Assembly: GCA_965261395.1 (NCBI GenBank)
Contig: OZ253462.1
Span: 5,504,001 to 5,568,000, forward strand
Direction: 5' to 3'
DNA: 64,000 nt
DNA from: Candidatus Latescibacterota bacterium
GTDB lineage: Bacteria > Latescibacterota > UBA2968 > UBA8231
The notes under the pieces are model-generated. The model had not been told where the DNA came from, did no database searches, and was given only the letters and a program-made list of their open reading frames with translations. Shown piece by piece: positions 19,156 through 29,841 of the stretch; the first letter of the stretch is position 1; every line of letters starts with the position of its first letter. Both the position numbers and the translations under genes were made by a program.

Positions 19156-21148
19156 TCTGCGCGACGAGTGCCCGGCCCAACGCTTCTTGCTGCTGCTCGG
19201 CAGCTACCTGCACGGCGTACTGCTCGGCGTCGGTCAAGCGGCCCGCAGTCATCAGCTCGGCGACGATTAGCTCTAGCAAGTCCGTTGTGAACGTCTTGCG
19301 GATGTTCGCGTCTTGCACTGCGCTCTCTAAATCTGCCAACGCCCTGACATGCCCCCCGAGCAAATGGTAGGCATAGCCGCTGATAAAGTCCTGTAAGCCC
19401 GAGGAAAAGTCCGGGGCCTCGCTCAAGAAGCGCAAGCGGTCTAGCAGGGCGTGGAGCGCGGCGCGCTCAGCCGGCCCAATGGGATATCCCGCGAGTTGTC
19501 CGCAACGGATATAGCGCAACGTGCTCCACAAATCGCCCCATATCGTATAAGGCTCCTCCAAACGGGCCGCGCGATAATAAGCCCGCGCACGTTCGTACTC
19601 CCGAGCGGCGTAACACGCGTCAGCCACGTTCAGCGCCAACAACTCCGGCCCCGCTCCCGTTCGCCAGCGCTCGACTCCACTCTGCTCTCCGGCGCTCAGT
19701 CCGTCCCACAGGACCGCAGCTTGCTGATGCAAGGTCTGCACTCGACGCTCGTTGCCCTCATCCAAAGGGGGCGCGGCCAAGAGCACGGCCATGGCCCGCA
19801 GCACGGCCAGCCGCTCGACGGGCAAGTCGCCGAGCCTACGGCGGTACTCGTCGGCTGCTGCCAACCGATCCGCAGCCCCGGGCGCGACCTTCCAAGGAGC
19901 CGGTGCTCCTTCCAACACAGCGACAATGGCCTGGGCCAAGAGCACTTGGCCGGCCGCCACCGGATGCAAGTGATCGGTCATCAGCTCCCAACCCACGCCA
20001 GCCTCCGGGCTGTGGGCGCGGAAGTACGCCTCGACATCGGCGAGGAGCACTCCTTCTTCAGCCGCGACTCGGCGTACGACCTCGTTTAGGGATGCTGTCG
20101 CCCGCCAAGGCCGGAGATCCAATTCACGCGCCTGCACATAAGCCGCCCGCGCCCTAGCCCCACGGCCCAACTGCTCTAAGTGATAGCCGCGCAAGAAGTG
20201 CAAATAGGCGTCGTCCGCATAGAGCGCCTCGGCCTGTTCCAAAGCCGCTAGCGCGGCCGGCGACGCTTGCCCCCGATGGCCCTGCGCCAAAAAATCCACA
20301 TAGCGCGCGCGCTTCCCATCCGGCAAAGGCGGCTCAACGCGCGCTGGCGCGAAACCGCGCTCGTTGCTGGTCACCGTACAAAGCACCAAGGGAATCCGCC
20401 GCGCTCGGCAAAAGGCCACCACATCGCGGAGATTGGCTTCCAAATTAGCTGCCGCTTGCGCCCGTCGCGGATCGGATGCCGGGATTGTCCCCGCCTTAGA
20501 CATCACCTCGATCAAAGGACCATCCGCCCCCTCTTTCCCCAACGGCCCTATCAGCTTACCGACCAAGGGCCTCAGCCGCCACTGCACCAGTGCGTAGTGG
20601 ACCCGCTTCATCCACACCGCTTGCCCTCCTTGGACCAGCGAGGCCGCCCCATAAACCCCGTATAACTCGTTGTGCCCAGTATAGACTACGACCAAGTCCG
20701 CCCCAAGCGCAGCTACGCCGTCTTCTACGGCGCGGGCCACGGCAAAACTCGAAGCAGCGGTGATCCCGGCGTTAAAGACCTCGATCTGGCGCTCTGGGAA
20801 GAGGTCGCCGAGCATTTCTTGGAGATAAGACGGGGCCGATAAACGCTTGGGATGGGGGTAACCCTGTACGGTCGAACCCCCGGCAAAGAGCACGCGCAAC
20901 GCGCCTTCGGGCGCGGGTTCGATATAGGGCCGCGGGGTCATGCGGATGCCGCGCCGGATAGGCTCGGCCATGCCGGCGAAGAAGCGACGGGCATAGTCCG
21001 GATTGACCGCATGGAGCGCCCGGCCCTCGACGCGAGCTAGTTGGGTGGCAAACGCCGGCGGATCCAACGCTGGGATCAGCCGCAACCCGCCTTCGATGAG
21101 CGCGACCAAAACCAAGCCGAGCAGCAGCGCCGCGAGCCGACTGCGCAT
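19130..21148 (-). CDS. Membrane-anchored SGNH/GDSL hydrolase with TPR/helical extension
   Basis: Blocks GGST, NAG..AASS, YTGHNE and DHLHP; N-terminal TM. Confidence 0.8.
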   Translation of the reverse strand: MRSRLAALLLGLVLVALIEGGLRLIPALDPPAFATQLARVEGRALHAVNPDYARRFFAGMAEPIRRGIRMTPRPYIEPAPEGALRVLFAGGSTVQGYPHPKRLSAPSYLQEMLGDLFPERQIEVFNAGITAASSFAVARAVEDGVAALGADLVVVYTGHNELYGVYGAASLVQGGQAVWMKRVHYALVQWRLRPLVGKLIGPLGKEGADGPLIEVMSKAGTIPASDPRRAQAAANLEANLRDVVAFCRARRIPLVLCTVTSNERGFAPARVEPPLPDGKRARYVDFLAQGHRGQASPAALAALEQAEALYADDAYLHFLRGYHLEQLGRGARARAAYVQARELDLRPWRATASLNEVVRRVAAEEGVLLADVEAYFRAHSPEAGVGWELMTDHLHPVAAGQVLLAQAIVAVLEGAPAPWKVAPGAADRLAAADEYRRRLGDLPVERLAVLRAMAVLLAAPPLDEGNERRVQTLHQQAAVLWDGLSAGEQSGVERWRTGAGPELLALNVADACYAAREYERARAYYRAARLEEPYTIWGDLWSTLRYIRCGQLAGYPIGPAERAALHALLDRLRFLSEAPDFSSGLQDFISGYAYHLLGGHVRALADLESAVQDANIRKTFTTDLLELIVAELMTAGRLTDAEQYAVQVAAEQQQEALGRALVAQIRAGQKPR

Positions 21149-21151
21149 TTT

Positions 21152-22813
21152 TTAAAAGGCGGCCGTGTAGCGAACGAGAGCGTCTTGGCTAATGTGCACC
21201 TCGCCTGCGTACGCTTGTCGCAGCGAGTCGAGGAACGCGTCGAAGAGCACACCTTCGCGGATCTTGCGGATCTTGACGCGAATGGGCCGCTGCACCTGCT
21301 GAAAGGGCAGCAACGCCATCTCGTAAGGCTGGTCAAGGCGGAACACGCTGTATTTTTCCTGGACCTCCATTGGGCCTTGCATAACCCCGACGTCTTTGGA
21401 ATTACTGTCGCCAAAGAAGGTGCGGTACGGCGACTGATAGAGCGACTCGATAGTGACCCGGCCACTATCGACGAAAGTGTGGCCGCCCGCCGGCTTCATG
21501 CTGGACCGCACGGAATGACGCTGAGCCAACTCTGCCAGCCGCTCCCCACTGCGTGCCCGCGCGAGGATTTCTTCGGCCTCAGCACGGGTGTCGACCAGCA
21601 CCTCGGTCATCTCGATGACGCCGGGCAGAGAGCGGTAGGTCTCCAGATGTTGCTCGTAGTAATCCCGAACCTCTGCTTCCAGCACTGAAACCTTCCCCGC
21701 CACTACGTCTAAGCGCAATTGCGACACGAGCAGCGACTGCTTCTGGCCCTCGGCCCATGCTACCATAGCGGGCCACTGATGTCGCCCCTGCATACGGGCT
21801 TCAAGTGCCAACAGAGAATCCGGGAGAATCCACCGCTCAATAGCCAAAGCCGCGGCCGCACTGTCGGGTGGCAGCATCCCCTTCTTAAGCGAGCGAAGCC
21901 CCCGCGCGGCATCACCGACACCAATGCCCCCCTCTTCATATTCAATCAACGGTGCGTGGGGTTGATCCAGAGCACGACCGTGCAACGCGGCGAGCACGGC
22001 GTGGATGCGGTCCCGATGATAGCGCAAGTCGCGCTCCTCCTTGATCGAGTCAATCACCGCACGCTGCCGCTGTGCCCACTTGCGTTGCCCAACCTGCTCG
22101 GCGATGTCGGCGCGCACTTTCTCAAACGGAATGCGCCGCTTTTTGAGGACTTTGACGACCTCGTACCCGTCAACCGTGCGGATCGGCTCGCTGATCTGGC
22201 CTTCCTCCAAGTGGAAGGTGCCATCGCGCAGGCTGGGCACAGCACCCGCTTGGCCAAAGAAGGCACCGAGATTGCCACCTTTGTCTGCGTCGTCGGCGCG
22301 GGAATGTTGGCGCGCCAATTCGGAAAAGTTGGCCCCGGCCTCCAATTGGCGGATGATGGATCGGGCGTCTTCTTCGGTAGCCGAGAGAATGTGCGCCGGC
22401 CAAATTTCCCAACCGAGTAACTGTTCCTCGTAAGCGGCGCGCAGTTCCTCATCGGTCACCTTGAGCCGGGCGTCGATCCATTCGCGCGACAGCTCCTCGG
22501 CCAAGCGCTTATTGACCATGTCGGACAGCGTATGGGCGAGTCCGGGCAGTTGGTCTATCCTCCGCTTGTAGGCCTCGCGCAGCATAAGTTGCTTGTCGAC
22601 TAGGGTCTGTAGATTTTCGCTGCGGGCGACTATCCCCTCTTTCTTCGAGCGCAGATAGTCGGGTAGTGCCTGCTCGTAGCGGCGAAGGTCCAAGGCTGTG
22701 ATAGTCTTCCCGGCCACCGTGGCTAAGACCGTCTCAGGAGTGGCTGGTTCGCTTTCCGGCCCGCAACCTGCAACCACTAAGAGGAAGTTGCAGACAAAAA
22801 ATCGCAGAAACAT
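21152..22813 (-). CDS. Parvulin-type peptidyl-prolyl isomerase lipoprotein (PrsA/SurA-like)
   Basis: Lipobox VAGC; AHIL...GANFSELARQHS...KGGNLG...GQISEPIRT..GY; a second, degenerate parvulin domain. Confidence 0.85.
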   Translation of the reverse strand: MFLRFFVCNFLLVVAGCGPESEPATPETVLATVAGKTITALDLRRYEQALPDYLRSKKEGIVARSENLQTLVDKQLMLREAYKRRIDQLPGLAHTLSDMVNKRLAEELSREWIDARLKVTDEELRAAYEEQLLGWEIWPAHILSATEEDARSIIRQLEAGANFSELARQHSRADDADKGGNLGAFFGQAGAVPSLRDGTFHLEEGQISEPIRTVDGYEVVKVLKKRRIPFEKVRADIAEQVGQRKWAQRQRAVIDSIKEERDLRYHRDRIHAVLAALHGRALDQPHAPLIEYEEGGIGVGDAARGLRSLKKGMLPPDSAAAALAIERWILPDSLLALEARMQGRHQWPAMVAWAEGQKQSLLVSQLRLDVVAGKVSVLEAEVRDYYEQHLETYRSLPGVIEMTEVLVDTRAEAEEILARARSGERLAELAQRHSVRSSMKPAGGHTFVDSGRVTIESLYQSPYRTFFGDSNSKDVGVMQGPMEVQEKYSVFRLDQPYEMALLPFQQVQRPIRVKIRKIREGVLFDAFLDSLRQAYAGEVHISQDALVRYTAAF

Positions 22814-22905
22814 AACGTTCTCACCTGTGTACAAAACTGCGCGGTACCGCTTGCCCAGCGGCACCGCGCAGCTAGTTGAATTTGGCTTGTGAACCTTGTG
22901 CTGCA

Positions 22906-23664
22906 CTATTGGCTGGTCGCCACCTTGCGCCCGTCGGGATAGATGCGGCCAATCTCGCGCTCAAAGTGCATTTCGACGTCCGTACCTTCTATGGGATCGC
23001 CCTTGTAATCGAAACGCACCACCACATCGGGAATGTGGACGGTTAGATTCTCCACATCCGGGGCCAGCGGCTTGAAGACAACATACCCTTCGTTCTCTTG
23101 GGCGCTGAACACATCCTCATCGGGAAACATCGTGCGCCGCAAGATGCTGTCGCGCTCTTTCAAGACCTCCAAGGCATTGCCGGACATCCCAGGGTCGTTG
23201 CCGCCGCTGCCGCTACCGACGTAGCGGCTATAATATATTTTGAGCTGTTCACGCCTCAGCGCGTAGTACTTGCGCCCGTTAGAGGTGGTTATATTGACCT
23301 TTTTAGGGTCGAGATAGACCTTGGGGTATTCGTAATTAGAAACGTATATGCGAAAGACGGTGAAGCGCTGCGGGGTGTCCCCAGTGCGAAAGTACGTCGA
23401 GTTGCCAAACGTGTAGGGGTTGCGCGAGTCGGGCCCCTCGTTGGAGTACGCGCTGAATTGGCGATTCAACTCCGCGTCGGTCATCGGCCGCAGGCTGATC
23501 TCAAGGCGCGCCTGTGTATAGGACACGGTGCCATCATCGGCCACTGTCTTGTTAGTCCCTTGCTCGGCCTCGCTCAGCGGCTTGAGATCTTCAGCATAAT
23601 AGCGATAGGAGCATCCCGGAAAAATCAGCCCGACCAGAAGCAGCGGTGTGAAACATTTCAGCAT
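22906..23664 (-). CDS. Hypothetical lipoprotein (paralog of 6035..6781)
   Basis: AGGAGG RBS; lipobox FPGC; conserved blocks shared with the paralog. Confidence 0.8.
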   Translation of the reverse strand: MLKCFTPLLLVGLIFPGCSYRYYAEDLKPLSEAEQGTNKTVADDGTVSYTQARLEISLRPMTDAELNRQFSAYSNEGPDSRNPYTFGNSTYFRTGDTPQRFTVFRIYVSNYEYPKVYLDPKKVNITTSNGRKYYALRREQLKIYYSRYVGSGSGGNDPGMSGNALEVLKERDSILRRTMFPDEDVFSAQENEGYVVFKPLAPDVENLTVHIPDVVVRFDYKGDPIEGTDVEMHFEREIGRIYPDGRKVATSQ

Positions 23665-23674
23665 GGGAAACCTC

Positions 23675-26425
23675 CTACTCATAACCGGCGAACACAGTGA
23701 CGAATATGGCCGTTTCAGTGCGCGCCTTTTGGGCTGAGGCACGATCAATCCGCGACACGCGAAACCCAGTCTGGGTCCACAGGTTGTAGCCTAGGTATTC
23801 GGCGTTGTTGGTAAACTGCAAGGCATAGACCAACTCGTTGCGATCCGAGCGCAGCAAATGGGTTTCCAACTCCTCGCGGAACTGCTCGACGAGCAGATAC
23901 TCTAGGCCGGTCTGTAATTCGGTGCGCGACAGAATCGGCACGTGCAGGACCAGCGACCACAGCTCGCGCAACTCGGTGGTCGCCACCCGCACCTGTGTAT
24001 CCTGGCGACGCGAGGGCCGCTGACGCTGAAACTCGCTCTTCCAACGCGGCTGTAACTTGAGGACCCCGAGGTTGAGCGTATAATCGATCTTGTTGAGGAC
24101 GCCGAAGAAGGAAGCCGTCTCGCGGATGTCCTGCTCATCAATTGGCCGCTCGTCGAAATTGGACTGTTTGAAAACCTCCCACTTAAGGCGGTTCTTGAAG
24201 TGGATGTAGTCGCTCTGGTACTGATAGCCGAGATACAAAGTATTGGCCCAACCATCGCGCAGGGGCAAGGGATCAGTATAGGGCACGAGGTCGCCGCGTG
24301 ATCCCTCTCGTACAACCCACTCAATCACATGGTCGCGGATATCGTCTCGGACCTGCCGGTAGTTGTTGTACACCTGCACGCTCCCCTTACTGGCGTAGTC
24401 CTTGTCAAAGGTCAGCAAGGCGTAATTGGTGGCGTTCTCGCGGGCCTCGGCTAGCTGGCGCTCGTCGAGGCGACCAACGGTCAGCCGCGCCTCCGGCCCC
24501 AAATGGGAACCCACGTAGATGTTGTACCCGCGCCGATCCCGTTTGTACAGGTAGTCGGGTAGGTTGTCGTTTTCAAAGCGGTCGATGATACCGTTGTTGT
24601 TCATATCAATGCCAAAGAGGAACTCGGGGCGATCGGATGCGTAGCGCAAGAACGGCTCATCGTAATCGGGCGCTGTGTTCTCGCGCAGCTCGGAATCGTT
24701 CTGATTGAAGTCGTTGATGAAGTCGTTGTTCTCGTCGAACCCTGGGAAAACCTCTCTATCCTGCGAGAAATTAGCCCGCTGCCAGTCGGGATTTCGGTCT
24801 TGGTCGTCGTTGTCGTCGACGAATTCGTAAACGAAACGGAGGTCGTCGTCGTAGTTTATATCTGCTGCATCGTTTTGGGTACCGGCTAGAAAGGAGCTGG
24901 TGCTGTAGTCGTGATCAACATTATAGACTTCGCCGAAGCCAAAGTAGGGATAAGCGCGTTTATATACGTTGACGAACCAAGCGTCGGCCGAGGTGTTGTG
25001 CGCCGTGTGCTGGGTCACGTCGGTTTCCGACCGCCGCGGATAGCGGAAGTGCTGGCGGTTGCGGTCGTATTCCCCCGATAAGTAAAACCCACTGATATCC
25101 GTAATATCGAGCGTAAAGCCAAATATCTCATTGGCCACCGGCAACCCGTATTTGACGCGCACAAAGCCCTGATTCGAGCCATCTTGCACGTTGCCGTCGG
25201 CGCGCACCGTGCGTTCGGGAACGCCTTCGGAGAGCAAGACCGGCTGACCATTGGCGTTGAGCTGGCGGTTGGAGGTAACGTCGATCCGGTAGTCGTTGGC
25301 CAAAAGCAACAGAAACTCAATGCTCTTGATCTGCTCGGGCTGGGGGCCGAAGGAGTTGCGGTACTGCGGGCCTTCTAGATCGTACACCAGCACGATGACC
25401 TCGTTGCCATCGGCCGAAAGGAATCCTTCGCGGCGGAAGCCGCCCTGCACCGCCGGGCTAAAGTCGAGGATGTTGTTGTTGCCGATGCGGCGGCGATTGC
25501 TGATGCGCTCGCCGTCAATTGTTGTAATGATCATCTCCTCCTGAAAGAAGGCCGTGCCCGCCTTACTGTCCTCGGGCGAATCGTCGCTCAAGCGCACTTC
25601 GATACGCGAAACGTCGGCGTTGTTCTGGCCCTCGGTGAGTGTGCCCTTGAAGGGGTTGCCCTGAAATGCCTGCCCCTTAGTCGAGGAGTTGAAAGCATTG
25701 ATGTAAGTCGCTCCCAACTTGACAAAGTCGCCGACCTGCATGGTGCCACGGCCGCCGATCAAGTTGGTGTCGTTCGAGCGGAAACGACCGGAGCTAGTCG
25801 TCTGCGCCGTTTCGACCTTACCGGGTGAACTGGGGCGCGAGGTGAGAAAGGTCGCCTCGTATTTGTCCGTAGAAAAGTCGAACTGAATACCGGCAAAGGT
25901 CGGCTTGGAAAAGGTCATCGGCGTCAGCGTCGTGCGGATGCGGTCGCCAATGGTCAGGGCATAGGCGTATTGGCCCTTCTGATCTGAGGCGATGACCAAG
26001 TTCGTAAACCAGCTACCGAATCGGGGGGTTTTAAACAGGCTGCTGCCCGATGTCTGCGGTGCTGCAATGCTCCAGTCGTAAATGAGTTCGCCGCGGGTGA
26101 TGTAATTCCCGTAGAGATCGTAGAAATAGTCGCCTTCTTGGCTGGTGTTCACATAGCGCGAATAATGCCGACGGGCGTAATTGGTATAGTCCTGTTGCCG
26201 CCATTGGTACTCGTTGAAGAGCTCCTGCGGCACGTACCACTTCTTCACCGCTGGATCCAGCGCGTCGAAAAGTATCCCCGGCCCAGTAGGGTCGTAAAAA
26301 ACCTCCCCGCCACGGCGCACGCCCAAGCGCGAGCCGAAATCTTCCTGTGCGGGAAGATTTTCCACCATCGCTCCCAACATCAGGATCGCCACCGCACCGG
26401 TGCGGAAACTCCTAACTATGTCCAC
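23675..26425 (-). CDS. Secreted 916-aa protein, putative outer-membrane beta-barrel with acidic Ca-binding-like loops
   Basis: Signal peptide; amphipathic strands in the C-terminal third; DDNDDQD, DENNDFINDFNQND and DMNNNGIID loops. Confidence 0.6.
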   Translation of the reverse strand: MDIVRSFRTGAVAILMLGAMVENLPAQEDFGSRLGVRRGGEVFYDPTGPGILFDALDPAVKKWYVPQELFNEYQWRQQDYTNYARRHYSRYVNTSQEGDYFYDLYGNYITRGELIYDWSIAAPQTSGSSLFKTPRFGSWFTNLVIASDQKGQYAYALTIGDRIRTTLTPMTFSKPTFAGIQFDFSTDKYEATFLTSRPSSPGKVETAQTTSSGRFRSNDTNLIGGRGTMQVGDFVKLGATYINAFNSSTKGQAFQGNPFKGTLTEGQNNADVSRIEVRLSDDSPEDSKAGTAFFQEEMIITTIDGERISNRRRIGNNNILDFSPAVQGGFRREGFLSADGNEVIVLVYDLEGPQYRNSFGPQPEQIKSIEFLLLLANDYRIDVTSNRQLNANGQPVLLSEGVPERTVRADGNVQDGSNQGFVRVKYGLPVANEIFGFTLDITDISGFYLSGEYDRNRQHFRYPRRSETDVTQHTAHNTSADAWFVNVYKRAYPYFGFGEVYNVDHDYSTSSFLAGTQNDAADINYDDDLRFVYEFVDDNDDQDRNPDWQRANFSQDREVFPGFDENNDFINDFNQNDSELRENTAPDYDEPFLRYASDRPEFLFGIDMNNNGIIDRFENDNLPDYLYKRDRRGYNIYVGSHLGPEARLTVGRLDERQLAEARENATNYALLTFDKDYASKGSVQVYNNYRQVRDDIRDHVIEWVVREGSRGDLVPYTDPLPLRDGWANTLYLGYQYQSDYIHFKNRLKWEVFKQSNFDERPIDEQDIRETASFFGVLNKIDYTLNLGVLKLQPRWKSEFQRQRPSRRQDTQVRVATTELRELWSLVLHVPILSRTELQTGLEYLLVEQFREELETHLLRSDRNELVYALQFTNNAEYLGYNLWTQTGFRVSRIDRASAQKARTETAIFVTVFAGYE

Positions 26426-26471
26426 AAATACCCTCCCTTGATGTCGAATTCCGGTCCGAACTGCTGCTTTA

Positions 26472-29400
26472 TCAATAAGCCACGTGAACGAGGCGCGTCA
26501 ATTTGCTATCTTGATCGTCGGCTTCTACCTTGATCTGACAGAGATAGATCCCCGGCGGCACGATGTGCCCACCCAGATCCCGACCGTCCCACACAAACGC
26601 CTGCGTCCCTACCTTGCCACCAGTCGCCAAGCTCTGCCCTTGGCCTACCAAGCGTCCTCCCAAATCGTACAATGCAACTTCCAACGGACGCTCCTCCTGC
26701 ACCTTCAACAAAACAAAATGCACCAAGAGCTCGTCGTTGATCCCGTCGCCATTGGGCGTAAAGACGGGTGCCAGCTCTACGTCTTGGATCAAAGACCCCC
26801 GCAGAGCCATCAAGCTGACCTGCGCCGTCGAAGAATCCACCAACTCGGTCGCATCCTTATCGGCGGTGTCCACCCGTTGGAATACGCCCTCATCCGAATC
26901 CGAAGACCGCACAAACGAGGCGAATTCAACGCCCTCGCGGAAGCTCTGCGACGCAAACTGCACCTCAATGAGGGCGTGCTGGCCAGCCGGCAGATCAGCA
27001 TTGAGCGAAAAGGGAAAACGCACCCAGATCGAATCCTCACCGGTCGCCATGCGTTCCAACACCTCGCCATCTATCTCGCGCAAAACCCCGTCGTCGCCCG
27101 GGGCAAAGGCACGGTCAAACTGCGTGGTCGTCGCCGAGGTCAGCACTTCCTCCGGGTTGAGGAGCGAGGACGTCTGGGCGATGGCGACCTGTCCCAAGCG
27201 CACGCCGGTCAAGCGCGCAGCACGCGACGCGACGACCAGCACCTCGTTAAAGCCGTCGCGCACCGTCGCATCGGTCGGATCGGGCGCGGCAGCGCGGATG
27301 AAATAAGAAAACTGCTGCGGAGCGAGCGGATCGATATTGCGCGGCGGGATGTAGTCCGAGGTCTGCACATCCAAGTCGGTCGGCACGCGCGCGGCTCCCT
27401 CTTCGGTGAGAAGCGCCAACTCACCGGCCAGTTCTAGCGCCAGCGGTGGGGCCAGCTCAATGCGCAAACTGCGGATGCGTGCCGTCTTGAAGGGATCCTC
27501 GGAGGAAATATTGACCCGCACCTGAATGAACTTGCGCGGGTTGGGCGAAGTGATCGTGGCCTCGTTGACGCCATTGGTGGGCAGATAGCTTTCGCTCCAC
27601 TCGCTCCAACCGACGAAGGCCAGTTCGCCGTCTTTGTCAAAGCTCGACCGCGGCGCCCGGCGCAGTTTCTTGCCGTCCTCGTCCACGAGGCCGTCGCCAT
27701 CGTTGTCAATCAGATCAATCGGATCCTCGTCGGTGACCCCGTCGCCATCGTCGTCCGTGCGCGAGGCGTGTTGCTGGCTGGCGGGCAGGGTCTGCCAGAT
27801 CTCCCAGGCCGTCCACTTCAAGGCGATATCGTCGTAGACCTCTTTCGCCACTTCCTCGCGCTCTTCGCTGCCGGCGATGGTCACGACTTGATAGTACGTG
27901 AAGTTGCTGTCGGTCTGGTCGGAGGTGCGAGTCTGTATCTGCAAGCGGACATCGGGGTGGAGATCCAGGGGCTCGATCCGCTCGACGGCTTGGCCGGTGA
28001 ACGGATCGGTCTCGCGGACGACTACATCGCCTTCCCAAGCAATGCGCGGCAGGGTTTTGCGAATGAAGTTGCCACGTGAATCAGTCAGCGTAATCGGCGG
28101 TGAGTAGGCCCACACGCTGACCGGATAGCCTTCGCCGTAGAGCTGAATCTCGCCCAAGGTCGCCAGCGCGCCGTAGCGACCGGATACCTGCCCGGTGACG
28201 TCGATATCGCGGATTTGCAGAAAGCGGATCTTGCGCCGGGGAAAAGTCTCGCGGAAAATGCGCACTACCGGCGTGTGGTTATCGATGTGCTCCTCACTGA
28301 TGATGTTGTCCCACTTGAGAGATTCTTCGAGCAGGGGGAAGTCTTCGCGGTCGTTCATGCTCACGGGTTTGAGCAGCGTGCCGTCAGAGACTAAGATATC
28401 CGGCCCCAAGAAGGCCCCTTGGTGACTCTGGTTGATGCGCTTGTTGACTACCGAGACATTATCGACCCAAAACACGGCCCCTAAGTCGTACCAGGCCGTG
28501 CCCTTGAGGTAAATCGGCGACCACGTATTGGCCTGCCACTCCGAGTCGTAGAGCCCGTCGGTGGCCAAGTTGGGCGCGCCCAAACCGCCGTTTTCAAACG
28601 AAGCCCCGCCACGCCTTTCTGGCTGCAGCGCGTAGTTGTCGCCCTTAGCCCAGACCTGAACCTCGGCGATACGAGGAACTTCTTTGCTGTAATAAAGAAT
28701 CGGACCGCGCTTCCCCTCGGGTAAGGTTTGGTATTTTTCGCCGGCGGTCTGATTGGCATCGTCCTGGAGTTCGACGAGTAGGCCACCGGCAGTTTGGCGC
28801 TGATAGACGATCGCACCGCGCTGCTCTTGGGGCAATGCTTCATAGGCAAGACGCGCCTCTTCGTCAGCACCTAAGAAGGAATCACGCCAGAGATCCGAAT
28901 CCGTAATTTTGATGCGGACGTAATGGATGAAGGCACCGCTAATATCGGGCAGGCCATCCAAATCCCAGTCGGCCCGATCCAGCGGCAAGAGCGGGAAGGT
29001 CATCTGCGCATAGCGACCTTCGGTTCCGGGCATCGAAACCAGCGTTACTTCACCGGTCTCACCCCCTCCCCCACCTGCACAGCGGGTCTCGCCGGCGTAG
29101 CCCGAGCCTTCATCGCGTACACACTGGGCCAATTTGCCGGCGACGAAGCCAGTAGATACTTGCCCTATGAGGGAAAACTTGAGGTTGTTGCCCAAGGGAA
29201 AGGGAAAACGCTCGCCCATCGAGGCGAAAAGCGCGAAGGACTTGACCGGCTCGCCGAGGAACTCGTCTTCGAACTGACCAGCGGGAAAGATGATCGTCAG
29301 GCTATCGGCAAAGACCAACCGTCCCAAATCAACTTCGATTTCCCAGTTGCGCAGGCCGTCGAGATTGAAGTCCCCAGGGCGGGTCAAACGACTCGCAAAA

Positions 29401-29807
29401 TCGGCCGGCGTGTCCGGCTCCCAGAAGGTACTCAAGTCGCCATCGAGGACATTATTGGCCAAGGCATCGTTGGATTTGGCCGTCGCGCCCCCGGAGATTA
29501 GATCACCACCAGCACGAACCAAATCAGGATAGGTGAAATCGACAGCCGTCGGGGCCGCGTTGATATTGCGGCGAAAAAACGTCGGCCGCAGCCCATCGGC
29601 TTCAACTCGGAAAATATCCGCATCGCCGATTGACACGTTCAATTGGGAGACCAAGTCGTTCTGATAACTCCAGTTCTCCCAGTGCGAAGCCCGATCCACG
29701 CGGATCGAGTTGCCAAAAATCCTATAGGCATCCGTTTGAGCCAGACAGAAACTAGGCAGAGATAGTACGGCGAAGAGAGCCGTCTTCCACTTTAGCAGCC
29801 GTTTCAT
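26472..29807 (-). CDS. Large secreted protein with discoidin-like domains and C-terminal FlgD-Ig/T9SS type B-like domain
   Basis: Signal peptide; LDGDLSTFW...VDLGR and TDGLYDSEW...YDLG; VFTPNGDGIND...WDGRD...PPGIY...VAY. Confidence 0.85.
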   Translation of the reverse strand: MKRLLKWKTALFAVLSLPSFCLAQTDAYRIFGNSIRVDRASHWENWSYQNDLVSQLNVSIGDADIFRVEADGLRPTFFRRNINAAPTAVDFTYPDLVRAGGDLISGGATAKSNDALANNVLDGDLSTFWEPDTPADFASRLTRPGDFNLDGLRNWEIEVDLGRLVFADSLTIIFPAGQFEDEFLGEPVKSFALFASMGERFPFPLGNNLKFSLIGQVSTGFVAGKLAQCVRDEGSGYAGETRCAGGGGGETGEVTLVSMPGTEGRYAQMTFPLLPLDRADWDLDGLPDISGAFIHYVRIKITDSDLWRDSFLGADEEARLAYEALPQEQRGAIVYQRQTAGGLLVELQDDANQTAGEKYQTLPEGKRGPILYYSKEVPRIAEVQVWAKGDNYALQPERRGGASFENGGLGAPNLATDGLYDSEWQANTWSPIYLKGTAWYDLGAVFWVDNVSVVNKRINQSHQGAFLGPDILVSDGTLLKPVSMNDREDFPLLEESLKWDNIISEEHIDNHTPVVRIFRETFPRRKIRFLQIRDIDVTGQVSGRYGALATLGEIQLYGEGYPVSVWAYSPPITLTDSRGNFIRKTLPRIAWEGDVVVRETDPFTGQAVERIEPLDLHPDVRLQIQTRTSDQTDSNFTYYQVVTIAGSEEREEVAKEVYDDIALKWTAWEIWQTLPASQQHASRTDDDGDGVTDEDPIDLIDNDGDGLVDEDGKKLRRAPRSSFDKDGELAFVGWSEWSESYLPTNGVNEATITSPNPRKFIQVRVNISSEDPFKTARIRSLRIELAPPLALELAGELALLTEEGAARVPTDLDVQTSDYIPPRNIDPLAPQQFSYFIRAAAPDPTDATVRDGFNEVLVVASRAARLTGVRLGQVAIAQTSSLLNPEEVLTSATTTQFDRAFAPGDDGVLREIDGEVLERMATGEDSIWVRFPFSLNADLPAGQHALIEVQFASQSFREGVEFASFVRSSDSDEGVFQRVDTADKDATELVDSSTAQVSLMALRGSLIQDVELAPVFTPNGDGINDELLVHFVLLKVQEERPLEVALYDLGGRLVGQGQSLATGGKVGTQAFVWDGRDLGGHIVPPGIYLCQIKVEADDQDSKLTRLVHVAY

Positions 29808-29841
29808 AGCATTTCCTTTCTTTTCGCGTTTCTAGCTAAGG

